From an uncultured bacterium (lineage in GTDB: Bacteria > Armatimonadota > UBA5829): 64,000 bases of DNA. The notes beneath the pieces are model-generated. The model made no database searches. It was given only the letters and a program-made list of their open reading frames with translations, and had not been told where the DNA came from. Positions 27,350 to 37,532 of the stretch are shown here, piece after piece. The position numbers were made by a program, and so were the translations under genes. Every line of letters begins with the position of its first letter. Position 1 is the first letter of the stretch. The stretch is taken from the NCBI GenBank assembly GCA_964494345.1, contig CAZBSI010000001.1:424481-488480 (forward strand), in the 5' to 3' direction.

Positions 27350-29293
27350 ATGAACCCAAAAGACTATTTGTTAAATAAAGTAAACTCCCCGGCGGACCTG
27401 AAAAATCTGACCGAGTCCGAGCGAAAGGGCCTGGCTGAGGACATTCGCGCTCTGATTATAGACACGGTATCCCGCACCGGCGGACATCTCGCGTCGAATT
27501 TGGGCGCGGTGGAGCTTACCATTGCCCTGCACACGGTTTTCGATTCGCCAAGCGACAAAATAGTCTGGGACGTTAGCCACCAAACCTACACGCATAAGCT
27601 TCTTACCGGCCGCAGAGAGGAGTTTTCCACACTGAGACAGGGTGGGGGACTGTCCGGGTTCACGCGGCGGGACGAGAGCGAACACGACGCGTTTGGAGCC
27701 GGGCACGCCAGCACATCGATCTCTGCTGCACTTGGCTTAGCAAAAGCACGTGATCTGCGCGGAGGCAAGGAGCACGTAATCGCCGTCATCGGGGACGGCT
27801 CAATGACCGGCGGACTGGCCTTAGAGGGCCTCAACAACGCCGAGCAACTCGATACGGACGTCATAGTGATTCTAAACGACAATAAAATGTCGATATCGGA
27901 GAACGTCGGCGCGCTGGCCCTGCACCTCAGCAAGCTCCGCCTTGCACCGCTGTATCAAAAAGTCGAGACACGGGCCAAGGAAATGGTCGAGAGGATGCCT
28001 GCGGGAAAGACTATTGCCAAGACGGCCGTGGGACTGAGTCACGGCGTCACTCGCCTGCTCGCGTCAGCGGAAGGGGCCGTATTCGAGGGCATGGGTTTCA
28101 CATATCTCGGCCCAATTGACGGACACAGCACTGAGGTCCTAATAGATGTCCTGGAGAGTGCGAAGAGGCTCACAGGGCCGCTTCTAATACACGTGGTCAC
28201 GCAAAAGGGCAAAGGCTACGAGTTCGCCGAGAGCAACTCAAGAATGTTCCACGGAATCAGCGGCTTCGACGTGTCCGACGGGATAATCGAGCGTGCAAAT
28301 GGCAACACAAGCTATACCAAAGTTTTCTCCGACACGTTAGTGGAGCTTGCCGAGAATGATGATCGTGTGGTCGCAATTACCGCAGCGATGCCCGACGGGA
28401 CAGGCCTTAATAAGTTCGCAGAGACGTTTCCGAACAGAATCTTTGATGTCGGTATAGCGGAAGAGCACGCAGTCACATTTGCGGCTGGACTGGCCGCGGG
28501 AGGGTTGAGGCCAGTTGTTGCGTTATATTCCACGTTCCTGCAGCGCGCCTACGATCAAGTGATGCACGATGTCTGCCTTCAAAACCTGCCGGTGGTGTTC
28601 GCAGTTGACAGAGCGGGGCTTGTCGGTGAGGATGGGGCGACTCATCACGGCGTATTTGACCTGTCGTTTTTGAGACACGCACCCGGCCTTGTCGTCGCAG
28701 CGCCTAAGGATACGATGGAGCTGCGAAACCTGATCGCCACCGCCCTTCGCCACGACGGGCCGATGGCCATAAGATATCCAAGAGGCGGCGGGCCGTGCCC
28801 GTATGAGTGCATCGAACCTGAAATCCTGTCCATCGGGCAGGGCGAGCGCCTGCTTGAGGGCGAAGACGCAGCGATCATCGCTATCGGCTCCACGGTATAC
28901 CCGGCCATTGAAGCCGCAAATCAGCTTCGAGAATCCGGCTACACCGCGGAAGTTATTAATGCAAGGTTCGTCAAACCGCTGGACGAAGCGTTGATATTAA
29001 GTGTCCTTGAAAAAGATATACCCGTGGTCATAGTTGAGGACAATACAGTGGTCGGCGGGTTCGGATCTGCAATTTTAGAGCTTGCATCGCGACATAAGTG
29101 CAAAAACAATGCGATTAAGTTGGTCGGCACACCAGACGCATTCGTCGAACACGATTCCCTGGACAATTTGAGGGAGAAAATTGGGCTGACTGCCTCGCGA
29201 ATCAGCGAATCTGTGTGCGATTTGCTCGACACACATCAGCCCAGCGTAGTAACTTCGCAAACCGGCAGGCGTCGCAGTTTAAAGCTGCGATAA
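27350..29293 (+). CDS. dxs: 1-deoxy-D-xylulose-5-phosphate synthase
   Basis: TGGHLASNLG, GDGSMTGG, IAEEHAVTFAAGLA. ATG 27350 (MNPKDYLLNKVNSP) matches Dxs N-termini. Confidence 0.95.
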   Translation: MNPKDYLLNKVNSPADLKNLTESERKGLAEDIRALIIDTVSRTGGHLASNLGAVELTIALHTVFDSPSDKIVWDVSHQTYTHKLLTGRREEFSTLRQGGGLSGFTRRDESEHDAFGAGHASTSISAALGLAKARDLRGGKEHVIAVIGDGSMTGGLALEGLNNAEQLDTDVIVILNDNKMSISENVGALALHLSKLRLAPLYQKVETRAKEMVERMPAGKTIAKTAVGLSHGVTRLLASAEGAVFEGMGFTYLGPIDGHSTEVLIDVLESAKRLTGPLLIHVVTQKGKGYEFAESNSRMFHGISGFDVSDGIIERANGNTSYTKVFSDTLVELAENDDRVVAITAAMPDGTGLNKFAETFPNRIFDVGIAEEHAVTFAAGLAAGGLRPVVALYSTFLQRAYDQVMHDVCLQNLPVVFAVDRAGLVGEDGATHHGVFDLSFLRHAPGLVVAAPKDTMELRNLIATALRHDGPMAIRYPRGGGPCPYECIEPEILSIGQGERLLEGEDAAIIAIGSTVYPAIEAANQLRESGYTAEVINARFVKPLDEALILSVLEKDIPVVIVEDNTVVGGFGSAILELASRHKCKNNAIKLVGTPDAFVEHDSLDNLREKIGLTASRISESVCDLLDTHQPSVVTSQTGRRRSLKLR

Positions 29294-29314
29294 ACCGCCC
29301 GCCAGTCACCAGCA

Positions 29315-31498
29315 TTAGTATCTCATCGCCTTAACCCTGTGCGCCAGATAAATAGCTTCCGCCGCATCTGCGCGGGCGATTGGCGCATCGGGTTGGAATT
29401 TGCCAGGCTCATAGTTTTCAAACAGGCTGGGCGTAATTCTATGCGCTCTCAGCGTTTCGACAGCCTGGAAGTATGGCGAGTTTGTCGGAACATCGGAATA
29501 GCTCTGGCCGGATGCAATCGGTTTCCAGTCCGGATCGGTCTGAACTTTCGCTGCGACCAACCAACGTGCAAACTCGCCTCTGGTAATCGGCGAATCCGCC
29601 TGGCCCTCCGCCACCGGGTTTGCCTTCATCTGCCCACCCTCAAGCTGCATCAGCTTACACAGCGCGTCCGCCGCCTGCTGTTGGGTCAGATTCTCTTTTG
29701 GATTATAAGGCTCCTGCTGAAGAACTCCGCGTGCGCCGAGAAAGTTAATCGCCTTGAAGTGGCGCGTTTGCCCGTTGACATCGGAGTTCCAATTTATATA
29801 CGCCTTTTGCGACAGGATTCTGTCCTGTACCCACGCCGGTCGCACACAGCGCAGGCTCATGTTTCGAGTTATCGCTAGATAAGCCGCCGCCGCTGCAGCC
29901 TGCCCGCAGGACATTCTTACAGGCTCCATTCTCAGAGTGCCAAAAGCTACATGGGTGGCTGAGACAGCGTTCGTTACAAGCAGCCCCTCGATTTTTTGAG
30001 GGACGAGCACGCCGTATGGTATCTGGCTCCAGGTTGTAATTGCACTTAACCACATCTCCCCTTCGCCCTTGTCCTTGCGAGTCGGGTCCTTGAGGTCCTC
30101 CATAGCGTGACTATCCATCGGGTAGGCCGCGATTCCAATGGAGTTCGCTTGATGGAACGTCCGCGCAAATGTCACCTCGTTTTCGGCCATAATGTGCTCG
30201 CCCATTACCCGACGGGCTTCTCGAATATACAGACCCGGAGGGAAATTGCCGGAATCCAGGAACTCATCATCGGCAAGCCCCAGGTTCTTATGACCGCGCT
30301 CATTTTGCATAAAATAGAGGTATCCCAGCGCGCGATCACGATAAAGGTTATCGATCTCCGCGCGTCGCTGATAAGTCGCGGTGGGGTAGTCGTTGTTGAT
30401 ACCCGGCCAATCCCCTCCGAACGGGTGCGTGTTTATCTCATATTTCTGATTTGGCAGACTGCCCGAAGTGACGTTCCAGCTTTGCTTCCATTCGGGAGAT
30501 GGCCCATAAGTGTCTGGACTATAGCCCTTGGGTTTTTCAATGAGCGGCGCACCATTCTCCCCATAGTCTTTCCAAATCATCAGGTATTCATAGGACTGCA
30601 TCTTAGAATCAGCCGCCCCGGTAGAGCCGGGCAGTATGATCTGGGTGCGATCGTCGAAATATATCACGCCTGCGTGCGGCTCGGCCGCAGACCTCGCTTC
30701 TCGACCCGCCCTCCAGGAAGCGCCCGTTGCTGCGGCTAAATCTGCCGTATCGGTGGCATCAATAGTGACGGCTGCATAAAGAGTACCCCGTTTGCCGAAC
30801 TGATCACAGACCTCCGCGCCGCATATACGGTTTCCGCTCATAATCGGCCTTAGAGCGTTGGATTTCATAAATATACGTATGCACGGCTGTGCATATACCA
30901 TTCCCTTAAAAATGGCGTTTGCAATCCGCGGTTCAAACTTCAAATAGCCTGGTTGAACATTGTAAAAAGACCAGATGTGCTCGCTAAACTCTCCGAACAT
31001 GCCGTTGATATACAGCGGGTTTGCAGTGTCAGCCGCGCCGAGGCCCATTACAGACATCCCGCCGAGGCGATTGGTAGGCTCCACCAGCGCCACGGTTAGT
31101 CCCGATCTCGCCGCTGTGATAGCCGCCGCAGTGCCCGATGCAGTGGCGCCGATCACCAATACGTCGTATTTGCCCTCATTCGGAAGCGCGTCCCAGGTCT
31201 TTTCGCGAACATCGTTTTCGCATAAGGAGCATTTGAACGTATAGACGGTATTCGGCGTCAGTTTATCAATAGTCTTCGATGCAAATGTATGGGACGGATT
31301 GGGCGGAAACTCACCTACGCTCCTGCCGTTCATAAAGAGTTGGGCAGGCTGGTCGTTATGCCGCCAGTATAACGTAATACTATCCGGCCCCTGGGCAATC
31401 GCCTGAAAAGAACCGTCGGCAGTCGTTGACATCATCGCACAAGCCCCGGCAGCACAGGCGCATAGAAGCAGAATTGATATAATAGTCTGTGTATTCAT
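29315..31498 (-). CDS. Secreted FAD-dependent oxidoreductase-family protein with C-terminal SLH-like repeats
   Basis: Signal peptide, then YDVLVIGATASGTAAAITAARSGLTVALVE (FAD Rossmann). The C-terminal ~120 aa (ITRGEFARWLV...YSDVP..SPYFQAVETL) looks like S-layer-homology repeats. Confidence 0.6.
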   Translation of the reverse strand: MNTQTIISILLLCACAAGACAMMSTTADGSFQAIAQGPDSITLYWRHNDQPAQLFMNGRSVGEFPPNPSHTFASKTIDKLTPNTVYTFKCSLCENDVREKTWDALPNEGKYDVLVIGATASGTAAAITAARSGLTVALVEPTNRLGGMSVMGLGAADTANPLYINGMFGEFSEHIWSFYNVQPGYLKFEPRIANAIFKGMVYAQPCIRIFMKSNALRPIMSGNRICGAEVCDQFGKRGTLYAAVTIDATDTADLAAATGASWRAGREARSAAEPHAGVIYFDDRTQIILPGSTGAADSKMQSYEYLMIWKDYGENGAPLIEKPKGYSPDTYGPSPEWKQSWNVTSGSLPNQKYEINTHPFGGDWPGINNDYPTATYQRRAEIDNLYRDRALGYLYFMQNERGHKNLGLADDEFLDSGNFPPGLYIREARRVMGEHIMAENEVTFARTFHQANSIGIAAYPMDSHAMEDLKDPTRKDKGEGEMWLSAITTWSQIPYGVLVPQKIEGLLVTNAVSATHVAFGTLRMEPVRMSCGQAAAAAAYLAITRNMSLRCVRPAWVQDRILSQKAYINWNSDVNGQTRHFKAINFLGARGVLQQEPYNPKENLTQQQAADALCKLMQLEGGQMKANPVAEGQADSPITRGEFARWLVAAKVQTDPDWKPIASGQSYSDVPTNSPYFQAVETLRAHRITPSLFENYEPGKFQPDAPIARADAAEAIYLAHRVKAMRY

Positions 31499-31712
31499 AG
31501 TCTTATACTTCGCCTTGATAGCAATCATACCCTTCTTGAATCAGATACACGCAGCAGAACGATTTTATTAATTGCTGTGTCATAGTATGTATAACTATAG
31601 AGTTTGAACTTAGATATTTATGCTTTGCGAGGTAAGTAGGGTGGTGAAAATGGCCGTTTTGTTCAGCGTGTCGCTCCTTGACTAAGTGTTGCCCCGGTAG
31701 GATAATTAGGCC

Positions 31713-33161
31713 GTGGCTTACAGTGGTTTAACAGATTTTATAGGCTGCCTTGAGAGACGGTGCGAACTTGTACGGGTTCGAGAGCAGGTTAGCCGGGACC
31801 TTGAGATCACCGAGATTGGCGACCGGGCTATGAAGTCCCAGGGTCCTGCGCTGTTGTTCGAAAACGTGGACGGCTTCGATATACCTGTGCTCATCAACTC
31901 TTACGGAAGCGCCGACAGAATGGCGTTGGCGCTGGGCGTTGACGACGTAGAAGACGTCGCACGTCGCATAGAAACTCTGTTGCATACCGATTCACCGACA
32001 TCTTTTGCAGAAAAATTGATGATGCTTCCTAAGCTCATCGGGCTTAGCGCCGCATTCCCCAAGCCGGTCAAAAACGCGCCGTGTCAGGAAGTTGTACATA
32101 TTGGGGACGATGCCAGCCTGGATATGCTGCCGATTTTGAAGTGCTGGCCGGAGGATGGTGGCAGATTTCTAACGCTGCCGATGGTGTTCACCAAATCCCT
32201 TGAAACCGGAAAGCGCAATGTTGGAATGTATCGAATGCATGTCTACGATGGTCGCAGTACGGGTATGCACTGGCACGTACACAAAGTCGGAGCACGACAT
32301 TACGCCGAATATGAGGCGGCGGGCAAGCGTATGGAAGTGGCAGTGGGTTTGGGCGGCGATCCCGCTATTACTTATGCTGCCACGGCGCCCTTGCCGGAGG
32401 ATTTCGACGAGATGTTATTCGCGGGCTTTCTTCGGCAATCTCCAGTTTCGATGATCCAGTGCAAGACTATCGACCAGCAGGTGCCGGCTGATGCGGAAAT
32501 TGTGTTGGAGGGATATGTCGATCCATACGAGCGACGTATCGAAGGCCCGTTCGGCGACCACACAGGATATTATTCCCCCGCCGACGATTATCCCGTGTTT
32601 CACTTAACCTGCATCACGCATCGCAAAAACCCGATCTATCCTGCCACAATCGTCGGCAAGCCGCCGATGGAAGACTGCTATTTAGGCAAGGCGACTGAAC
32701 GCATTTTTCTTCCTCTGGTCAAATCGCAGTTGCCGGAGATTGTGGATATAAACCTGCCGCTGGAGGGCATTTTTCACAACCTGGCGTTTGTTTCGATACG
32801 CAAACGCTATCCCCTGCAGGCGCATAAAGTGATCTCTGCGCTGTGGGGGCTTGGTCAGATGATGTTTACAAAAATTATCGTGATCTTCGATGAAGATGTG
32901 GATGTTCAGAACACGAGCGAGGTAATGTGGCGCCTGGGCAGCAATATCGATCCTCGCAGGGATATCGTCTTCTCAGATGGGCCAGTGGATGTGCTGGATC
33001 ACGCTGCGCCTCAGCCGTTATTCGGCTCGAAAATGGGCATAGATGCCACCAGGAAGATAACCGGTGAGAGGCACGAAAGACCGTGGCCGGATGACATCGT
33101 GATGAGCGCTGAGATCAAAAGTAAGATCGACTCTCTGTGGGGGAGGCTTGGAATTGGCTAA
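31713..33161 (+). CDS. ubiD: UbiD-family decarboxylase (menaquinone/futalosine-associated, MqnL-like)
   Basis: GPALLFENV, RNVGMYRM, FGDHTGYY. An in-frame TAG 6 nt upstream fixes GTG 31713 as the start. Confidence 0.88.
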   Translation: MAYSGLTDFIGCLERRCELVRVREQVSRDLEITEIGDRAMKSQGPALLFENVDGFDIPVLINSYGSADRMALALGVDDVEDVARRIETLLHTDSPTSFAEKLMMLPKLIGLSAAFPKPVKNAPCQEVVHIGDDASLDMLPILKCWPEDGGRFLTLPMVFTKSLETGKRNVGMYRMHVYDGRSTGMHWHVHKVGARHYAEYEAAGKRMEVAVGLGGDPAITYAATAPLPEDFDEMLFAGFLRQSPVSMIQCKTIDQQVPADAEIVLEGYVDPYERRIEGPFGDHTGYYSPADDYPVFHLTCITHRKNPIYPATIVGKPPMEDCYLGKATERIFLPLVKSQLPEIVDINLPLEGIFHNLAFVSIRKRYPLQAHKVISALWGLGQMMFTKIIVIFDEDVDVQNTSEVMWRLGSNIDPRRDIVFSDGPVDVLDHAAPQPLFGSKMGIDATRKITGERHERPWPDDIVMSAEIKSKIDSLWGRLGIG

Positions 33162-33735
33162 GTCGTCGCGGATTATGGTGGCTATGACCGGCGCCAGTGG
33201 GGCAGTCTATGCAAAGCGCCTGCTGGAGGTCCTCCCAGATGCGTATGATACTGTCTATTTCTCCGTCTCCGAAAATGCTGCGAGGGTTATGTGCGATGAA
33301 CTCAGTTTGGAGCATCTGGAGCAGATTATTCCAAAGGATCACGGGTATAAGATCAAACGATATTCTTGCACAGACCTATATGCGCCACCAGCCAGCGGGT
33401 CGCATGAATACGACGGTCTGGTGATTATCCCGTGCTCAATGGGGACTTTAGGAAGAGTCGCGGCGGGAATATCGGATGATCTGATAACAAGAGCTGCTGA
33501 TGTTTGTGTAAAAGAACGACGTAATCTTATACTCGTGGTGCGAGAAACACCCGTGAGTGTGATCCATTTGAGAAATATGACCGCGCTGGCAGAAGCGGGT
33601 GTAACTATATTGCCGGCGTGCCCGGGGTTCTATAACCAGCCCAATCAAATTAGCGATTTGGTGGACTTTGTGGTCGATCGCGTGCTGAAGGCCTTAGGGC
33701 TGAATATAAAGCTGACGAAGGGTTGGGGAGAATGA
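33148..33735 (+). CDS. ubiX: Flavin prenyltransferase UbiX (MqnM-like)
   Basis: MVAMTGASGAVYAKRLLEVL, IIPCSMGTLG, RNLILVVRETP. Confidence 0.9.
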   Translation: MELAKSSRIMVAMTGASGAVYAKRLLEVLPDAYDTVYFSVSENAARVMCDELSLEHLEQIIPKDHGYKIKRYSCTDLYAPPASGSHEYDGLVIIPCSMGTLGRVAAGISDDLITRAADVCVKERRNLILVVRETPVSVIHLRNMTALAEAGVTILPACPGFYNQPNQISDLVDFVVDRVLKALGLNIKLTKGWGE

Positions 33736-34583
33736 TTCGCAAAATAGGGATCATTCTCGATATGATCAAATTCGAGCACACGATCTTTGCGATGCCTTTC
33801 GCGTTGATCTCTATGCTGGTTGCGGCAAACGGCCTGCCGTCGATGTCTACATTCGTATGGATACTTTTGGCAATGGCAGGTGCTCGAAGTGCGGCAATGA
33901 CGTTTAATCGTATTGCGGACGCCAAAATTGACGCAGCCAACCCTAGAACAGCCTCAAGAGCCATCCCTGCAGGGTTAGTCTCGCTTAGCGCTGCCTGGAT
34001 TTTCGTGGTTGTTTCTGCAGGGTTATTAGTATTCGCGGCCTATATGCTCAATCCGCTTGCTTTTGCGCTTTCGCCGGTCGCGCTCGCAGTCGTGATGACC
34101 TATTCGTATTCCAAACGCTTTACCAGCTTATCGCATTTGTGGTTGGGGTTAAGCTTGGGAATCGCGCCTGTTGGGGCATGGATAGCTGTAACTGGAAAAA
34201 TAGGGCTTGCAAGTATGGCGCTCAGTGCGGCTGTGATACTGTGGACTGCAGGCTTTGATATCATATACTCCCTGCAGGATCTGGACATAGACCGCAAGGC
34301 GCGCTTGTTTTCTCTGCCATCTCGATTAGGCCCTGCGAAAGCGCTGGCTGTATCACGCTTGTTCCACGCCTGCATGGTCGCGATGATAGCGTGGTTCGGT
34401 GTGCTGGGCGGCTTGGGTATGGTGTATTATGTCGGAGTCGCGCTTGTCGCGGCATTTTTGGTTTACGAGCAAAGCCTTGTATCGGCCAAGGACTTCTCAA
34501 GGGTAAATACTGCATTTTTCACGCTCAATGGGTGCGTTAGCATCGGTTTGCTATTCTTTGTGGTGGCGGATTTATTTTTATGA
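33732..34583 (+). CDS. UbiA-family polyprenyltransferase (MqnP-like)
   Basis: FEHTIFAMPFA, NRIADAKIDAANPRT (Asp-rich motif), YSLQDLDIDRK. The ATG overlaps the ubiX stop (ATGA). Confidence 0.85.
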   Translation: MIRKIGIILDMIKFEHTIFAMPFALISMLVAANGLPSMSTFVWILLAMAGARSAAMTFNRIADAKIDAANPRTASRAIPAGLVSLSAAWIFVVVSAGLLVFAAYMLNPLAFALSPVALAVVMTYSYSKRFTSLSHLWLGLSLGIAPVGAWIAVTGKIGLASMALSAAVILWTAGFDIIYSLQDLDIDRKARLFSLPSRLGPAKALAVSRLFHACMVAMIAWFGVLGGLGMVYYVGVALVAAFLVYEQSLVSAKDFSRVNTAFFTLNGCVSIGLLFFVVADLFL

Positions 34584-35674
34584 TCGACTTGATGATTGAA
34601 AGAAGCGATGTTGGAGATATTCTGGGCAGGGCTTTATCTGGGGCGCGGCTCTCTGTGGAAGACGGGGTGCGGCTGTTTGAGTCGGATGATATTGCTACGA
34701 TAGGCGCCGCTGCGAACGAGATCAGAACGCGTTTGAACGGAGATAGAGCGTATTACGTGGTCAATCGGCATATTAACTATACCGACATCTGCAAAAATCG
34801 GTGCCGATTCTGCGCATTTTCACGAAATGAGGGTGATTCCGACGCCTACGCGATGTCCGTTGACCAGATCGTGCACCAGGCAGAATCCGAGTGGCAGAGA
34901 ATGCAGTACAGCGAACTGCACATTGTAGGAGGGCTGCATCCAACCCTGCCTCTTTCATATTATACGGACATGCTTTCTGCGCTGAGTCAAAGATTACCGA
35001 CAGTACATATACAGGCTTTTACAGCCGTTGAGATAGCTCATATCGCTCAAATCGGAGGAATTACTGTCAGAGAAGCGCTCGTTGAGCTGAAAGACGCCGG
35101 GTTAGGGTCCATTCCTGGAGGAGGCGCAGAGGTATTTAGCCCTCGCGTGCGATCTATTGTCTGCCCGGAAAAAATGCCCGGTTCGGATTGGCTGGCGGTG
35201 ATGCGCGAGGCTCATAGTCTGGGGCTGAAAAGCAACGCGACAATGCTGTTTGGCCACGTAGAAACCTGCCGAGAACGAATTGAGCATATGATCGCGCTTC
35301 GGGATCTGCAGGACGAAACAGACGGATTCATGACCTTTATCCCACTGAAGTTCCACGCAGCAAACACGGACCTGGCTCAGATGGCTTCTCCGACCAGTGC
35401 ACTGGACGATCTGAAGCTGTATTCTATCTCCCGGCTCATGATCGACAATATCCCGCATTTGAAGGTCTTCTGGATCATGCTGGGACTCAAACTCGCCCAG
35501 ACAGCATTAAGCTTCGGGGCCGACGACTTCGATGGCACGGTTGTCGAGGAAAAGATCACGCATCGGGCAGGTGCAAAGACGCCGGAAGGGTTGACAGTTG
35601 AAGATATAAAGCATCTGATTCAAGAGGCTGGGCTGGTCCCGACCGAGCGCGATACAATCTACAATTTGATTTAA
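34580..35674 (+). CDS. Radical-SAM enzyme of the MqnE/MqnC family (tentatively aminofutalosine synthase MqnE)
   Basis: CKNRCRFCAF cluster motif, PGGGAEVF, GTVVEEKITHRAGA. ATGA overlap with the upstream gene. The MqnE versus MqnC assignment is by recollection of family patterns only. Confidence 0.75.
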   Translation: MIDLMIERSDVGDILGRALSGARLSVEDGVRLFESDDIATIGAAANEIRTRLNGDRAYYVVNRHINYTDICKNRCRFCAFSRNEGDSDAYAMSVDQIVHQAESEWQRMQYSELHIVGGLHPTLPLSYYTDMLSALSQRLPTVHIQAFTAVEIAHIAQIGGITVREALVELKDAGLGSIPGGGAEVFSPRVRSIVCPEKMPGSDWLAVMREAHSLGLKSNATMLFGHVETCRERIEHMIALRDLQDETDGFMTFIPLKFHAANTDLAQMASPTSALDDLKLYSISRLMIDNIPHLKVFWIMLGLKLAQTALSFGADDFDGTVVEEKITHRAGAKTPEGLTVEDIKHLIQEAGLVPTERDTIYNLI

Positions 35675-35685
35675 GAAGGATAGAT

Positions 35686-36456
35686 ATGCGATTAGGATGT
35701 TTGCCATATCTGAACGTGAGGCCGCTTGTCTATACGCTCGAACGCGGGGGGTTGCCTGAGGGCTGGGAGTTCGTCTATGCTCCTCCTGCGGTACTGGCCG
35801 GGATGCTGACGAAAAAGGAAATCGCCGCCGCCCCAGTCTCCAGCTTCGCCTGTTTTATGAACCCGGATTTTGGGATATGCCCGGGGATATGTATTGCCGC
35901 GGATGGGCCGGTGAACAGCGTCTTACTTTTGAGCAAAAAGCCTGTTGAATCGATAGGCACTGTAGCACTTGATACCAGCAGCCTATCGGGGGCGAATATG
36001 CTGCGTATTATCCTCAAAGAGGCGTACGGACTTACTCCCAGGTTCGTAAGAAGCGACCCGGATCCTGTCAATATGCTAAAGTTGGCCGATGCTGCTATGG
36101 TCATAGGGGACCCGGCGATGCTCTTTCCTAAAGAGGGCCTTTGCATGCTGGATTTGGCCGAGGAGTGGAAAAAGCTCACCGGCCTGCCCGCAGTATTCGC
36201 TGTGTGGGCCGGAAAAGGTATCGATTCGGAATTGATTGAAGTACTTCATACTGCAAAAGAAACCGGTATGACTATGCTGCCTCAGATCGCCGATACGGAA
36301 TCCAAACGCCTGGGCTTGCCTTACGATGTCTGTTTCGATTATCTGTCGCGGATAATGGTCTACGATCTTGGCGACAAGGAACGACAGGGTTTCGATCTGT
36401 TTCGAGAAAAAGCAATCGCGCACGGGTTGTTGGATAGCAAGGTGATGATTAGATGA
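35686..36456 (+). CDS. mqnA: Chorismate dehydratase MqnA
   Basis: MRLGCLPYLNVRPLVY, ALDTSSLSGANMLRIIL, MVIGDPAM, GLPAVFAVWAG (VitK2-biosynthesis, periplasmic-binding-like fold). Confidence 0.85.
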   Translation: MRLGCLPYLNVRPLVYTLERGGLPEGWEFVYAPPAVLAGMLTKKEIAAAPVSSFACFMNPDFGICPGICIAADGPVNSVLLLSKKPVESIGTVALDTSSLSGANMLRIILKEAYGLTPRFVRSDPDPVNMLKLADAAMVIGDPAMLFPKEGLCMLDLAEEWKKLTGLPAVFAVWAGKGIDSELIEVLHTAKETGMTMLPQIADTESKRLGLPYDVCFDYLSRIMVYDLGDKERQGFDLFREKAIAHGLLDSKVMIR

Positions 36457-37532
36457 GCGTTCGAGAAATCCTGGAATCGACCATCAACGGCGATAGAATA
36501 TCCGACACCGATGCTATTCGTTTAATGCAGGAAGCCACTTTGCCCAGCCTCGCATGGGCTGCGGATCATATTTGCCAGTCCAAGCATCCTGAGGCCAGCC
36601 GTAGCTATGTGATTGATCGTAATATAAATTATACGAATATTTGCGTCTCCGGCTGCCGGTTCTGCGCATTTTACAGAGAGCCTGGCGATCCAGGCGGGTA
36701 TGTCCTATCGACCGAAGAGATTCTGCAGAAGGTCCGCGAGGCAGTTGATTTAGGGGCGATGCAGATTTTGATGCAGGGCGGGTTGCATCCGGATCTAAAA
36801 ATCGAATATTTCGAGAAGCTGCTGGCCACCATCAAATCGCAATTCGATATACAGCTTCATTGCCTGTCAGCGCCAGAGATTGTACACATTGCAGAGCTTT
36901 CGGAATTATCAATTCGGGAGGCACTTTTACGCTTGCGCGATGCCGGGCTGGATTCTCTACCCGGCGGGGGCGCGGAGATATTGACGGATAACACGCGAGG
37001 GCAGGTAAGCCCGAAAAAATGTTCCACAAATCAATGGCTTGAGGTGATGCGGACTGCGGCGGGTCTCGGTATGCGCTCGACTGCGACCATGGTTTTTGGG
37101 ATGGGAGAAAGCAACATAGAGCGAATAGAGCACCTGCAGCGGATCCGCGACCTGCAGGACTATACAGGCGTATTCACCGCGTTCATCGCGTGGCCATTTC
37201 AGCCTGGCAACACGCAAATAAACCGCCCAGCCGCCGGAGCACACGAATATCTGCGCATGCTGGCAATCAGCCGTCTGTATCTGGATAATATAGATAACAT
37301 TCAGGCGTCCTGGGTGACTCAAGGCCCGGCTGTCGCGCAGTTGGCCCTGCGGTTCGGTGCAAACGACGTTGGTAGCACCATGATAGAAGAGAACGTAGTC
37401 GCCGCAGCCGGAGTTTCGCATAAAATGAGCGAAAGCGACCTGATAGCTCTGATCCATTCCGCAGGATTCGACGCAGCACAACGAACTACGCTGTATAAGA
37501 TATTAAAACTACATAAAAGGAGACTTGATTGA
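36453..37532 (+). CDS. Radical-SAM enzyme of the MqnC/MqnE family (tentatively cyclic dehypoxanthinyl-futalosine synthase MqnC)
   Basis: CVSGCRFCAF, PGGGAEIL, GSTMIEENVVAAAG. ATGA overlap with mqnA. Confidence 0.75.
   Translation: MSVREILESTINGDRISDTDAIRLMQEATLPSLAWAADHICQSKHPEASRSYVIDRNINYTNICVSGCRFCAFYREPGDPGGYVLSTEEILQKVREAVDLGAMQILMQGGLHPDLKIEYFEKLLATIKSQFDIQLHCLSAPEIVHIAELSELSIREALLRLRDAGLDSLPGGGAEILTDNTRGQVSPKKCSTNQWLEVMRTAAGLGMRSTATMVFGMGESNIERIEHLQRIRDLQDYTGVFTAFIAWPFQPGNTQINRPAAGAHEYLRMLAISRLYLDNIDNIQASWVTQGPAVAQLALRFGANDVGSTMIEENVVAAAGVSHKMSESDLIALIHSAGFDAAQRTTLYKILKLHKRRLD

Noticed and set aside
33148-33174. Uncertainty over whether ubiX starts at TTG 33148 (14-nt overlap with ubiD) or ATG 33175.
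   Set aside because: Not resolved. I kept the longer form because homologues usually have a few residues before the GASG loop. This is noted so that the overlap is not over-interpreted.
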